Assembly (NCBI GenBank): GCA_951406725.2
Contig: OX597816.1
Coordinates: 29,884,001 to 29,948,000 of the forward strand
Direction of reading: 5' to 3'
DNA length: 64,000 nt
Origin: Octopus vulgaris
Lineage: Eukaryota
The position numbers and the translations under genes are program-made. Below, in pieces: positions 24,592-38,028 of the stretch; the stretch's first letter is position 1, and each line of letters opens with the position of its first letter. A model generated the notes under the pieces. The model was given only the letters and a program-made list of their open reading frames with translations, was not told the DNA's origin and searched no databases.

Positions 24592-24717
24592 AAATTTCTT
24601 TACCTACATCGTGTTATGTCTTCGTTATGAAGTGCAAAGAAGAGTTCCGGGCAGGGGAGGTAATCAGGGATTTCTTCCGGTATAAGGGAAATAATCGCTT
24701 TATATTTTTTCTTTTTT

Positions 24718-25283
24718 TCAATGAGATGAGTTTCTCTGTATAAGAATGTTAGGATGGTTAAGTTCAGGCTTATATTTTTCAATGAAGAATATTTCCTTGT
24801 TTAATCTAATTTGGGTTAGTGTTCCAATAGCACATTGATAGAATGGAAAGATTAAAAATTGTGGTAGTAGTTGCTTTGCGCATTTCTCAATATGCTCACT
24901 AAAGGGTATCATTCTGTATTCTGGGAATGCAATCTGTTGTCGATGCAGAGTGCATCTGCATCTGAGTGATAATCCCGTGGCCCCTACGTAGTTTTGGTGG
25001 CAGCCCGAGCATCTTATGACATAAATTATGTTTTCAGAACCACAAGTAAAATTAGATTTGATCTTGAATTTTTGTCCTTCTTTGAAAAGGAATTCTGATC
25101 CTTCTAGAAGATTTGGGCATGTTGCGCAGTTTGGTCTACCGCATTTTTTAACTTTTGCATCCGTAATTTCAGAAAACAATTTTGTTTTTGTGAGAATCTT
25201 TTTTAGTGATTTAGGTTGTTTGTAGCTTTTAATGATTTTATGTATGTTTAGAATTTCCTTTAATTTAGGGTCCTTATGAAGTA
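24718..25283 (-). mobile_element. Neptune-like Penelope element 3' fragment (GIY-YIG)
   Basis: KCGRPNCATC...NIIYVIRCSGCHQNYVGAT...R...HRQQI...E.FFIEKYKPELN. Confidence 0.9.
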
Positions 25284-25342
25284 TAATTTAGGGTCCTTAT
25301 GAAGTATAATTTAGGGTCCTTATGAAGTATAATTTAGGGTCC
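25261..25342. repeat. 23-bp tandem repeat, ~3.6 copies
   Basis: TAATTTAGGGTCCTTATGAAGTA repeated. Confidence 0.93.
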
Positions 25343-25438
25343 CTTCTTTCCTGAGCATCAATAATACTTTAATTGTTCCACGTCCTTGCGTTGCTGTGTT
25401 TTTTCTCTTTTTTTCTGTGCTTTCTTGTTTGGATTAAC

Positions 25439-25470
<32 letters not shown>

Positions 25471-25516
25471 TATGTATGTATATATATATGTATAAATATA
25501 TACATACACACACACG

Positions 25517-25554
<38 letters not shown>

Positions 25555-25814
25555 ATACAACCAATATACATAAAGAAACAGAACATCTATGTGCAAAAAC
25601 ATATATATATATCAATATGCAAAAAGATGCGCACAAAAGATAAATATAAGAAAACAGAAAATGTAAATACAGATCTAAAGAAGACCATGCAAAAAATATA
25701 TGGAAGTTTATAAGTGTATACACACACATACACACATACGTACGGGCACTCACATACACACACACACAGAGGCACACACACACACACACATACATATATA
25801 TATATGTATGTATA

Positions 25815-26010
25815 TAAAATATAACGTGTCCGGAATGGCACAACAATGCAGAATGGACTACAATAACTGTTATAATTCCTAGCGATATCTGAAGAAGGAA
25901 GTTTTGTATTCCCAAATATTATTATTATATCAGACCATGGATAATTAAATTATAACAGTTATTATAGTCCACTCTGCACTGCTGTGCCATTCAAGACACG
26001 CTATATTTTA
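25815..26010. repeat. 63-bp inverted repeat with a damaged HHR-like motif in the spacer (25884-25931, +)
   Basis: Arms 25815-25877 and 25948-26010; GATAT-CTGAAGA-A-GGAA..TTCC-CAAA...TT-ATATC. Confidence 0.8.
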
Positions 26011-26774
26011 CAAACAATTCACAATGCTTCAAGCGAACTACAATACTCCCCTATATATATATATGAACACGCATAATAGAACAAGCAAATAGAACAAAAA
26101 ATACATCAATACAAACTTGGGTCTTTTCATAGGATATTGCCTTCTGTAAGACATTGTAAGTATAAGTTCAGTGGGACCTAATTCAAGGTACGTGAAAAGC
26201 TCTAGTAAAATATCAGTAGGGTATGAAAAAGTAAAGAAAAGAAGTAACAAAATGATAGGAAAAATTAGGGTTACAGAGACGAAGAAGGAAAAGAAGGAAA
26301 AGTACGTAAAGTAATAAGGAGGGAAGACAGCTATTAAAAGGGAATTATACTTTATATCTTTAGAAAGTAATGCATAAATGATACCGGCATAATAGATCCA
26401 GTTGCTATACTGGTTTATATAATCCTTACATTGCATAACAGCTAAGATTTTGACGATGCAGTGCATATATATATATATATATATTATCATTATTGTTTTT
26501 ACGTATTTTTGTATTTTTATTCGTTTCACATCGTCGGTTTTCCGTCCTTGTTTTGTACACATTCGAGGCTTTCTTCCAAGGAATCTAATGCGCTTGGCTT
26601 AGATTTTCCTTTGGGGCTGGCCAGGTCGGAGCAATCTCAAGATTAATCAGCCGAAATTGCGAAGATGGTCCGGTTCATGACTGAAGGTTGAAGGCTACGA
26701 ATGTCCCGTCCGTGTTTTTTGTGTCGTCTTCTAAATGTTTCACGTTCTTGTCCCAGTTTGTATTTTTTTACTTT

Positions 26775-26827
<53 letters not shown>

Positions 26828-26998
26828 TACTGGCTCAGGATGGTGTTCGTACTAGCAAGCAGGACTGCTGATTTTGTAGCATTTACATATTTTCCAATGT
26901 AAGTACTGTCCTACTCTATCGTGGATATTTTTATATTCGTTTGGACATCCCAAGACGATATTATAATTATAATTATTATAATTATTATTATTTTGTTA

Positions 26999-27210
26999 GG
27001 GCATCGAGCTTGTAGAATCGTTAGCATGCCGGGCAAAATGCTTAGCAGTATTTCGGCCGTCTTCATGTTCTGAGTTCGAATGCCACCGAGGTCGACTTTG
27101 CCTTTCATGCTTTCGGAATCGATAAATTAAGTACCAGTGGAACACGGGTCGATATAATCGACTAATCTCCTCCCCACACACTTCAAACCTTGTGCTTATA
27201 GCAGAAACGA
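26999..27210 (+). mobile_element. Family A SINE
   Basis: Head, B box GTTCGAATG, Nin-like domain. Confidence 0.85.
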
Positions 27211-27269
27211 TTGTATTATTATTATTATTGTTGTTGTTGTTGTTGCTGCTGTTGCTGTTGTTGTTGTTG

Positions 27270-27340
<71 letters not shown>

Positions 27341-27830
27341 TGCCCTGCCACCCACCTTTGGCCGAGAGAGGCAGGCAATTTTTATTTGTCTAGTAGCTGT
27401 AGCGAAAGAGGTCGCATGGTGGACCCGTTTGAAAGGGCTAAAGACAGACACTTTCCGGCCAAACTCTCATCAACTTTTCAAGTTTCACTTGAAAAGGAAG
27501 TTGCGGTGGAGAAGTTAGGGTTGCCTTGAAGCAAGTTCGTTGAAAGATGGGTGAATGTTGGAAGAATGGCCAGTGTGAAAGGACCAATTCTGAGCATACA
27601 GCTGTAAAGAAAAGGAGAAGGGCTCTTGCCCTGTTGTTCAGGTACCCGTGGCTTTTGTGGGGTTTTCGACGAGGTCCTTAAAGCGCTTGGGTATTTTAAA
27701 TAGTTTAATTTTTAATTGTTATTATATTGTTTACACGTTGTAAAACCCATTGTATCGTACTGTTTTGTTATTTATGTTGTTGCATGTCATTTAATGTAAT
27801 TTTATGTAAGCCCTTGTGACCAATAAACGA

Positions 27831-27833
<3 letters not shown>
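27341..27833 (+). mobile_element. L1/Tx1-like LINE 3' fragment inside (ATT)n
   Basis: AIFICLVAVAKEVAWWTR...FHLKRKLR is homologous to the 59843-60253 ORF; AATAAA precedes (ATT)n. Confidence 0.75.
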
Positions 27834-27870
<37 letters not shown>

Positions 27871-27880
27871 GTCATTATTA

Positions 27881-27942
<62 letters not shown>

Positions 27943-28044
27943 TTCTTTTAATTTTATTTCAGTTACTTTGCCCGACACCTAGAGCAAAGAAACTCACCGC
28001 ATTCCTTGGTAGGCTATTAAAATAAAGACACATATATAAAGTCA

Positions 28045-28740
28045 TGTGATAGAAAAAGAAGATCACAAGGCATACTCATGTCAGTCAATAGACAAACTTT
28101 ATTGTTTTGGTTTTTCACAACAATATCTGTTTTATTAGCTTTGATGATCCAGTCTGTACATACTGGTAAGTCCCAAAGAATCGTTACATTTTTTCCCTCA
28201 GTTACAGCCTCAGGATGGTGCTTGTACCATTTGTCAGCACATTTGATTTTATAATACCGACATATTTGCCAGTGTAGATATTGGCCAACTCTGTCATGCC
28301 TTGATTTGTACTCAACAGGTGCTAAAACCTTACACTCAGAGATTAGGTGGTTCCTTGTTTCAATCCTATCGTTACAGTATCGGTACTGTGGGTCTACTCC
28401 ATTTTTCATCACAGTGGCTTGGTAATTCCAAATGCTCTGATCTTGAGCAGCTAAGATAAAGCCTTCACTCTCTGCCTTTAGCCCTGAGCTCCGTAGCCGC
28501 TGATAGGTGTGCTTCTGGTCTATATCAGCTTGTTTGCTACGGGCCGCATATTTGTCGTGCAGAGGGGTTTTTTTTCACACCAATCAGCCAATTGTTCAAA
28601 CGCATTTTGCTTTGCCATTAATTTCACTCTCTTTGTAACTACATTAGTTCCACTTCACTCACGCTGTTCAACCTGAGTATCATGCATGAACTCACTAACA
28701 GCTTTTTTTGCTCCCCTTTCTGACAGAATGAAGCTTCTTA
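28045..28740 (-). mobile_element. Decayed R4/Dong 3' fragment (zinc knuckle and restriction-like endonuclease)
   Basis: LRSSGLKAESEGFILAAQDQS...YC...ET..HLISEC...YKSRHDRV...ILWD...ANKTDIVV...D. Confidence 0.88.
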
Positions 28741-30289
28741 CGTGTCTCTTAGTTACTCAATAGGGTGCGTAGCTTGGATACAGGTACCATTACTCCAGTC
28801 AGAGTAGACCTGGGAACAATAGAGGCTACGAGGTGGTGCCTCACGCCTCAAAACTCTGAATCTTCCAAACCGAGGAGACATTTTAAAGTCGTAGCAAGGA
28901 CAGTATCAGCTAGTTAGGACATATTGTAGCTTACTAAGAATCCATATCAACCTACCTCCACTGGAAGTATTATACACCGCGATCCTCTGTTTTCACATGA
29001 TAGCCACAGCTCTTCAAACTTTTGGTTCTTTATTCATATGTATCCCATCTACATTGCTTTTCAAGCTATTGTCAGCTTAATGATCAAAACACTTTTATTA
29101 AATCAGAATATTCCATAATGTTAACGTGCCTCATCTTTATTGCAATATAACTTGGGAACACAAGCATTTTCATCAAACCCACTTTCTGAAATCACTTCGT
29201 TAACTTGCCCCTGTGCTCAACAGAAAAAGCGTCCTCTAACCTGCTTTGGTAACGCGAAATCCTTAGTGCATTCTGATGCCCACTTGCTCATCTGATGAGA
29301 TAAAACAAATTTACTATATTTTGTCATTTTAGCATCCTCATATTTTCATATTTTGTAGCCAGAGTTCACTAGAATGAAAACAAACAGCATGCTTGGTGCC
29401 AATAGCAAGAACAAAAGCAAAAATAAATATTCTATTTAATATCCCTATGTCATGATAAATCTGTGACCGCAAAACCACCAAATATTTAAGGAAATCTAAC
29501 ATAGCATCCCTCTGCAACTATAATAGCAACTTTGATATTTGATGAATAATAACAACTGCGTCAGCAACAGTTTCAAGGAGGAAATAGAAACATTCTATTT
29601 AATATTCCTCTGCTACAATAACGGCATCTAATACTTGTTCAACACAACAATTAACAAGAGAGGCAGCAACACCTGCCTCTAGAAGATTCATCTGAAGTTG
29701 ACCTTCAATTCCATGAACTGACTTTACTCCCCACCTTTCTAGCACTTCCATTATTACTTCCACTTCTGTCACGAATGCTGCTATTACGAATGCAACTACT
29801 ACTGCTTCACCTACAACTATCAGTAGTACTGCTGCAACTTCTACTGTTACTCCTACTACTGTTGCTGCTGCTGCCACTACTACTACGCCTACTATCACCA
29901 CTACAACTGTGATTTTAGCGGCTTCTCTTTCTTTCGTTTACTTTCTTTTTCTCTTTTTAGATTTTCTAATCTCTTTTTATTCTTTCCACTATTTCTCTTT
30001 TGTTTTTCCTAATATCCCCCCACCCACCACCACCACTAATTTTCAATAGAGTTAAAAGGTCACCCCTTCTTTTCTGTGTTTTCTTGCGAGATAGATATAC
30101 CACACCATTCGGTTTCAAATCACCATCAGGCTCATGGGTGTCTAATCGGTGTTCACTGTAATGCAAACATTTGGATGAGGCCTCCGAACTGGGATTATCC
30201 GTGCGTTACCCCCCCCCCCCCACCATTACTCGCTACACTTTCCCATGATAAAAAAAATAATAACCCAACCCAACCTAGACCAATTCTCC

Positions 30290-30810
30290 CTCCTCCTCTC
30301 AAATGTCGGAGATCTCTCCAACTTAGATCCTACACATCACTTCTTGCATGTACACATCTTTATTTCCCAGCTGGCGACCGGAAGGGGAGGTTGTCCTCTC
30401 AACGATGCTGTGGGTACCGCTGGATGACGAACTCTGGTGATGATGTTAGTCCATGCTTGAGGTCGAGGTGTTGCGACTTCAGGTCTTCCTCAGTTTGTTT
30501 CGCCCATGTCTTCTTCGGAGCGCTGCGCTGGATTCTCCAGTGCATGGATCGTTGCCACCTTAAAAATTTGGTGTGGTAGTCTTCAGGTGCTCATACTGCA
30601 GACTTGGCCAAACCACTGTAGCGTGCACAACCGGACCGGGATCTTCAATAGGCGGCTTCTATTGCTAACATTGCTCTTGGTTGTTGCTGTTTGAGATTCG
30701 GTCACCAAGGATTTGACGAAAACACCACACTTGGAAAACCTCAAGCTTATTCAGGTGTTTTTTTAGGATGGCCCAGGTCTCAGCGCTTTAGAGGAAGATA
30801 GGCAGAGTAA
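30290..30810 (-). mobile_element. RTE-like LINE 3' fragment, decayed
   Basis: AETWAI...KLEVFQVWCFRQILG...LQWFGQVCSM..RLPHQI. Confidence 0.72.
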
Positions 30811-31039
30811 CTAGAAGTTATTGTTACTGGAATTTAGGTGAGAAGCGAAAGACAGGATATGTGGTGTCTTCGCATGTCAGCAGCAGAGGTGGATTCTGGA
30901 AAGATGCATATATGGTGTGCGTCTTTTCTGCGCACAAAGTCTCCCTTTAACATTCCCCTAACTACTTTCATTTCTATCAGTCTCTAATCTCCGCAAAACA
31001 TCAGCAACTCTTTAATTACATATGTCTCACTTCTCCCTC

Positions 31040-31553
31040 TCTCGAAGGTCATAGCTGACTTTAACGCTCCACAGTCCATAGCGCTTACCCTCGTCCTATT
31101 CCGAGTTTACTGCTACCAAAGCTGAACTCTTTACTATTCACACGACTTGACACCAACTTGTTTCACCCTTTACTCGCACTCCAGACTGACACACAGATAT
31201 CCTAAATGTGTCTGAGGTGTACGTGTATCAGTACGCCCGCATTACATCTGACTCCACACTACATACTTTTGGCCAATCGCCTCGAAATTCATTTCCTTTT
31301 TATTTCAAAATGCTCCCCATCCCACTTATACCACATGCTAAATGCAGAACTACTTCCAGTTGTTTCAAACAAACAAGGGCCATTGGTCCTTGTTTGTTTG
31401 AAATACATACCATAACTTGCTTCTGTACTCATTAGATTGTTGTTTGCAAACACACTGCTATAGGTCATCTTCCAACATATTCCGAACCAGTCAACTATTG
31501 CATTGCCAAGGTAATGGTGACAGCCATTAACAACGACGTTCTCCATCGCCTTG

Positions 31554-31620
<67 letters not shown>

Positions 31621-32205
31621 CTATTTATCTATCTTATTTATTTACTACCCACAAGGGGCTACACACAGAGGGGACAAACAAGGACAGACAAACGGATTAA
31701 GTCGATTACATCGACCCCAGTGCGTAACTGGTACTTAATTTATCGACCCCGAAAGGATGAAAGGCAAAGTCGACCTCGGCGGAATTTGAACTCAGAACGT
31801 AACGGCAGACGAAATACCACAAAGCATTTCGCCCGGCGTGCTAACGTTTCTGCCAGCTCACCGCCTATTTATTTATCTATTTATCGCTCTCTATTTATCT
31901 ATCTATCTATTTACTTCTCTCCTTCTCTCTCCCATTTTTCTCTCCCCTTTCTCTTTCTCTTTCGCTCGTCCGCACTCTCCGCTCCGTCCTTTTGTACGGC
32001 TTCCGCAGAGGTAAATCTACTGAAGTCCTTAGTCTTTTATATCACTCACTGGTGGTTTCTTCCTTTCGAGAAGTTCAGCAATTGCAATATTTGTGCTCTA
32101 GGCATCAGTGAAGCCTTTGACCGTGTCTAGCATGCGAATCTCTCATCAAAACTTCCCCGCCTACGGGCTTCATCCATCTCTCATCTCTTGTACTGCTGGT
32201 TTCGA
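31040..32205 (+). mobile_element. Heavily decayed CR1/Jockey-group LINE interrupted by (CT)n and a SINE
   Basis: Endonuclease remnants IADFNA and LTPTC/TRTPD; RT remnants YGFRRGKST and ALGISEAFDRV*HANLSSKL. Confidence 0.62.
31634..31866 (-). mobile_element. Family A SINE, full length
   Basis: Reverse complement of the family consensus. Confidence 0.9.
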
Positions 32206-34537
32206 ATGATTGACATGCTGTTCGAACGTGTTCTAATGACGCACATTTCATATGCTTGTGCGTCATGGCGCATCTCTCTCCCTTCTTTATCTCCCTATCT
32301 CTTGCACACTCTTTCTCTCTCTCTCACTATCTTGCACTTTCTCCCTTTCTCTATCTTCCTTTCTCTTTCTCTCCCCCTTTCTCACCTTATTACTTTTGGA
32401 AGTTTATTATCTTTCACTATAATTGCATTGACAAAAGAAGAGTTAATAACTATTACTTCACCTCCTCATCCTCGAACTCTTACTGCAATTGTTGTTGCTG
32501 TTATTGTTGCTGTTGTTATTGCTACTGCTATTACTACTGCTACTCCTGCTGCTGCCGCTGAAGCTACTGTGATGTTATTGTTGTTGTTGATTGCTATCCT
32601 TTTATTTTTTTATAATGATTACTATCATTTTTTTCTGTATCTTTCTGTTTTTGTTTACCTTCCATGTAATAATAATACCACATACTATCGTTAACAAGTG
32701 TTTCATTAATTGCAGTGCCGGTCAGCAGCAAATGTATTCACACACATATAGTTTATTGCAAACACTTCAATATTGTCATCTAAATAAAGAACGAAAATTA
32801 ATTACTTCATTTGTTACAGATTGATTCTTGCGTCGTTGAATAAAAATACAACTTTTCTTCGTGTTTCTAATTGAAACTAGCATGTGTCATGAAATGACCC
32901 CAGACAAAATGCATTTAGCAGTTTCGTCATTGTGTTTTATTTAATTTATATTCGTATTTCTAATGAATGAAGGAATGTATTGTGTGGATGTTTGAGTGGA
33001 TGTTACTATTTCATTTATTTAAATAGGCTATTAAATCGAGATTTTTCTTTCGACTAAAACTTCCAAGAAGTTTAGAATATTTAAGCGAAGTCATGACAGA
33101 AATAAAATTCATTTTAATCAACTCCAATCTAGAATAAAATATAATTTCTGTATTAGCTATATCGCTGTTGTTGTGATGCTGCTAATGTTGTGATGCTACC
33201 GTTGTTGTTATCGTTCCACGTGAAGCCTACTTTCGAAAGCACTCCCACCATGACCATCTCATCTTTTTGATGGTTCAATATAGTCCATAATCGTCACTCT
33301 CAAAGGCTTTATCGATGTAATGCATTTCAATGTGTGAAGTGCAACATTTAGCCTCTTCTCAGATTCTGGGTCCTCACACTCTAAGGCGATCAGTCATATT
33401 CGGGTAAAGACCTAGAACTTTGATTTCGTAGCAAGACCGTCCCTGCTATAACTTTCACGAGGAGAGACTGCTCCCACTGTACTGGGTGGTTCTAGAGTAG
33501 CGTACCACGAAAACAAAATAGTCAAAGTACTAAATGGCAGAACAAGTGGATCAAGACATGATATCAATGGCTAAACTCACGGAAGAAGGCAATGCCGGAC
33601 GGGCTGGATAAGAATGTGCAACTTAAGGAACACCTGTATTGATGGCAATCCGTTGTAGTTTTGTTGTCTGAATCTGGATGTCATATTTCACGAGAAACAG
33701 ATGTCTTCAAAACTAGGTCACTTCATGGCAAGTCGGAACCCACGCAATTCGAAACCACGCCACCGGCATTTCTACACTGATCATTTCTCTTGGAATTACA
33801 AACGAAGAAAGAAATATTAGGAAACGAGAAGGAGTCGACGACGACAAGTCATCATTTGCGAGTGAATATGACTTAGTAGCATATATGCTGCTTTTATGAT
33901 TTCGCTAATTATTTTAGATACCTACGTTGCCGAGAGCAAACAAAGAAATCAACTTGCACATCACATTCTTGATCCAGCGAAATATTGAGTATGTAATAAC
34001 TGGAGAGAGGGTACTGCTCGGCTAGTACATATTTGCAACGGAATAGACTGGAACAACGTGAAAATACCTTACTTGAGGATATAATGCATCAGCTGTTCCG
34101 AGAATCAAACCTACTAAATATCCCAAGGAATCAAATATCCTAACCACTAGGCCATGAGGCAATATGTAATAAAGTCTATTTTTATTCATTGCAGTTTGGT
34201 ATAAGAGATATTTAGCTACTACTGCTCGCAGCTATAGCAACCACATAGATGTCCCCTTACTTGTTCGTAACCTGACCGTGTCTAGTTTTGTGGCTGGTAT
34301 CAGTTGTATCAAGCGATAATTATGCTTCCATTTTCAAATTTACCTTGCTTAATGGATAGGCTCTGTCAACTGTTCCCATGTTATGTAAAGTCCATAAAGT
34401 ACAATAGACTTATTAACCCGCAAGACCCCTCACTAATCGTTAAGATTTTCTCCTCACCGCACACAAAATTATATATTTTATATATTTTATTAAGATACTT
34501 TATTAAGAAATTCCATCACTATAATAATCTTTTGACC

Positions 34538-34764
34538 GGCGAGCTGGCAGAAACGTTAGCACGCCGGGCGAAATGCGTTGCCGTATTTCGTCTGTCGTTA
34601 CGTTCTCAGTTCAAATTCCACCGAGGTCCACTTTGCCTTTCATCCTCTCGGGGTCGATAAATAAAGTACCGGTTTCGCACTGGCTTGATGTAATCGACTT
34701 AATCCGTTTGTCTGTCCTTGTTTGTCCCCTCTATGTTTAGCCCATTGTGAGTAGTAAAGAAATA
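34538..34764 (+). mobile_element. Family A SINE, full length
   Basis: Head to AGTAAAGAAAT tail. Confidence 0.9.
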
Positions 34765-35454
34765 TATAATGTTTTGACCGTTTAGTCAAGAAGAGAAGGC
34801 GGTACCCATGACTCTATATTTTTTCGGAACCTCTAATTCTGATGGGGGTAAGGAGGAAGATGTTCTCTAAGCAGAGGCCCTGTCTGGTTACTTGCAACAG
34901 AGTTAACTCTCTTTTATGGATCCAGTGACTAATTGGTGGTGTTAAACTGGCCGATGGATTAAGCCTGCCGCCTAAGAACTCGAAATGCAAAAATCAGAAA
35001 TAAATACCACGAAGCATCTCATTCTATGTTTTACAAATTTCACTAAAGGTCTAAAGGTGGTGGTGGTGGTGGTGGTGGTGGTGGTGGTCATGATAATGTC
35101 GTGGGGCTCTATTCATAGTGCTGGTAGTGTAAACATGATGTAGTAGTTGTTGTGGTGGTAGTAGTTATAGGGATTGTTTGGCCTTGGGTCTAGTTCGATT
35201 AAGCAGAAGGCGGAATTCGAAAGTAAACGTAGACGAAAAACCGCCAACACGCCACCTTATAGGTAGGAACAATGATAATATATCACAGGTGAGAAAAGAA
35301 TGATTATAATTCTTTTAACTTTTTGGCACACGGTCAGTAACTTTGAAGTGGGGAGAAGTCAAATACATCGACCCAGTATATCATTGATACTTTATTTTGT
35401 CGATTCAGAAAGAATAAAAGGAAAAGTTGACCTCAGCAGGATTTGAGCGCAAAA

Positions 35455-35685
35455 GCGGCGAGCTGGCAGAAACGTTAGCACGCCGGGCGAAATGCGTAGC
35501 CGTATTTCGTCTGATGTTACGTTCTGAGTTCAAATTCCGCCGAGGTCGACTTTGCCTTTCATCCTTTCGGGATCGATAACTAAAGTACCAGTTACGCACT
35601 GGGGTCGATATAATCGACTTAATCCGTTCGTCTGTCCTTGTTTGTCTCCTCTGTGTTTAGCCCCTTGTGGGTAGTAAAGAAATAG
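35455..35685 (+). mobile_element. Family A SINE nested in an older antisense family A copy (~35325-35770)
   Basis: 14-bp TSD AGGATTTGAGCGCA (35438-35451, 35684-35697). Confidence 0.9.
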
Positions 35686-36521
35686 GATTTGAGCGCAGAA
35701 TGTAATGAGCCGAAAGAAACGCCGATAAGCAGTTTATTCGACGTGCTAACAATTTTGACAACACACTGCCTCAGGAATAATATTAATAAAATGGTATGAT
35801 ATATCTGGCAGGAAATAACAGTCATATCTGCTTCATTATATTGCTTTGAAGCTGTATCGTGTTCAGCAATATACAATCTAGAGAGGAAATAGTTGTGGTA
35901 TCTACTCTTCTCTATAGAAGTTGTACAATTGACAGGAAATAAGAGTTGTAACTGACTTCACCGTATTGTTATAAAATCCGTAATATGACAGGTAGAGAAG
36001 CTAACGATCGTCTATCGCGGTTTATGTAAGGATACTGCCGTGTTTCACTTTCGTTAGACGTCATTCCCTTGTCATCTTATACTTACCACTTCAAATTAAA
36101 GGCAACTGAATTACTCTGACTACGGACAAAGTAATGACTCATTGGACAAAAGCAACCCAAAATGTCGATTGGAAAAGTTCAGATGATCGTGGTTCAAAAG
36201 CCGTTGATCATAGCTAAGCTCAATCAGAGGTGATCTAGGTTTAAACAACAACCACGGTAATAAAAAGTATGTTGAAATTAATTACAGTGGAGAGTATACA
36301 ATATGTTCAGGTTGTTGCAATCCATAACAGTCATCGTTACGTGTCAAGATGTGTTCATCAGCTCGGTGGAGAGATATGGTATTATGGAATTTATCTGTAA
36401 TCGAATCTCGTTGTTCGGCTGACAACCATCGTGCCGTAAAACTGTCTGGTCAGAGCTGACCCTAGAGCATCAGCAACAACGACACACAGTATTACCTATT
36501 ATATAAGGCATCCTACATATA

Positions 36522-36740
36522 TGAGAGGATGCTGAAAACTCCCTGACTTTGGGTAAAAGAAAATACAGGAGTATTAGTTAATTATGATTTTATTCAACAT
36601 ATCTTTCCCCAACCTGTTCACACACTCATTACAATGGTCTTTCAGTTTTTCTAAGCCCTGTAAAAGAATTCGGAAGGTTAGGCTTCCAACAAAGCCTTTC
36701 ACGATTCTCTTAAAGCCAAGAACTTTTCGGTATGCCCTCG
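36522..36740 (-). mobile_element. Mariner-derived MITE
   Basis: TA flanks; TIRs TGAGAGGATGCTGAAAACT / AACTTTTCGGTATGCCCTCG; C-terminal remnant GLEKLKDHCNECV..G. Confidence 0.72.
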
Positions 36741-37042
36741 TATGTATGTATGCATGTATGTATGTATGCATGTATGTATGCATGCATGTATGCATGTATG
36801 TATGTATGTATGCATGCATGTATGTATGTATGTATGTATATATGTATGTATGTATTATGCATGTATGTATTATGCATGTATGTATGTATGTATGTATGCA
36901 TGCATGTATGTATGTATGCATGTATGTATGTATGCATGTATGTATGTATGTGTGGATGTATGCATGCATGTATGGATGTATGTATGTATGTATGTGTGTA
37001 TGTATGTATGTATGTATGTATGTATATATGTATGTATGTATG
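36741..37042. repeat. (TATG/CATG)n microsatellite
   Basis: Seen directly. Confidence 0.96.
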
Positions 37043-37964
37043 CTTGTGTAGGAGTTGAAAGTGGGATTCTTAATCGATAACCAGTGAATGGTGAACGTTC
37101 CCTTACCCTTTGTGGTTATTTTTTGTTCCTATTTTCTGTATGTCCCTTCGTCGTCCTCCAGGGTCACATTTTACTATTGTATGCATACATACGTACGTAC
37201 GTATGTACGCACATACGTACGTACATACATACATACATACATACATACATGTGTGTGTGCACATGTGCATATGTACCTATGCATATGTGTACTATATGCA
37301 TACATGGGGTGAAAGAGGGTTAGAGAAAGGGAATAAAGGATTTGCGAGGCATGTGTGTATGTGTGCATAACAGCAGCAACAGCAGTAGCAACAACAACAA
37401 CAACAACAACAGAGTGCATTCTTTTCAAAATGATGTCTATCTCAATAAAGGGCTATTCTCATATCCATGAACATATCTCACTCATCAATTTGATGCCTCA
37501 GTAAACATAAATAAGAACTGAACTAGCGAAAGGAAATATTTATTCTTTAAATTGTGACTGGATCATAAATTAGACGTCATTTTAGTTTAGCTTCACTGGT
37601 TTATGCTTCACAGACATATGAAAGTATAAACAAAATATAGGTGCCGAAATTGCAATGATTTCTGGTTGAGAACTGGTGAAGGGATTACAATGCGATATGC
37701 TTGCGCTCTGTTGTAGTTTTTCTGTAACTTTCTTTATTATCCCTCAGTGCTATCTGTCCCATATATATGTTTGTGTGTGTGTGTGTATACATGTGTATGT
37801 ATGCGAGGATGTGTATGCGTGCATATGTACATATATTTGTGTGTGCACGTATGCATATGTATATATATGGGTGGGTGTGTGGGTGTATGCATATATGTAT
37901 ACTTATATACATTTATATATGAATGTAAATCTCTCTCTCTCTCTCTCTTACATATATACATACA

Positions 37965-38028
<64 letters not shown>

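Noticed and set aside
25261-25342. CRISPR-like array
   Set aside because: Contiguous repeats with no spacers, in eukaryotic retroelement sequence.
29285-29330. CTGATGA motif
   Set aside because: No GAAA or stem III follows; part of a small CTCATC/GATGAG hairpin.
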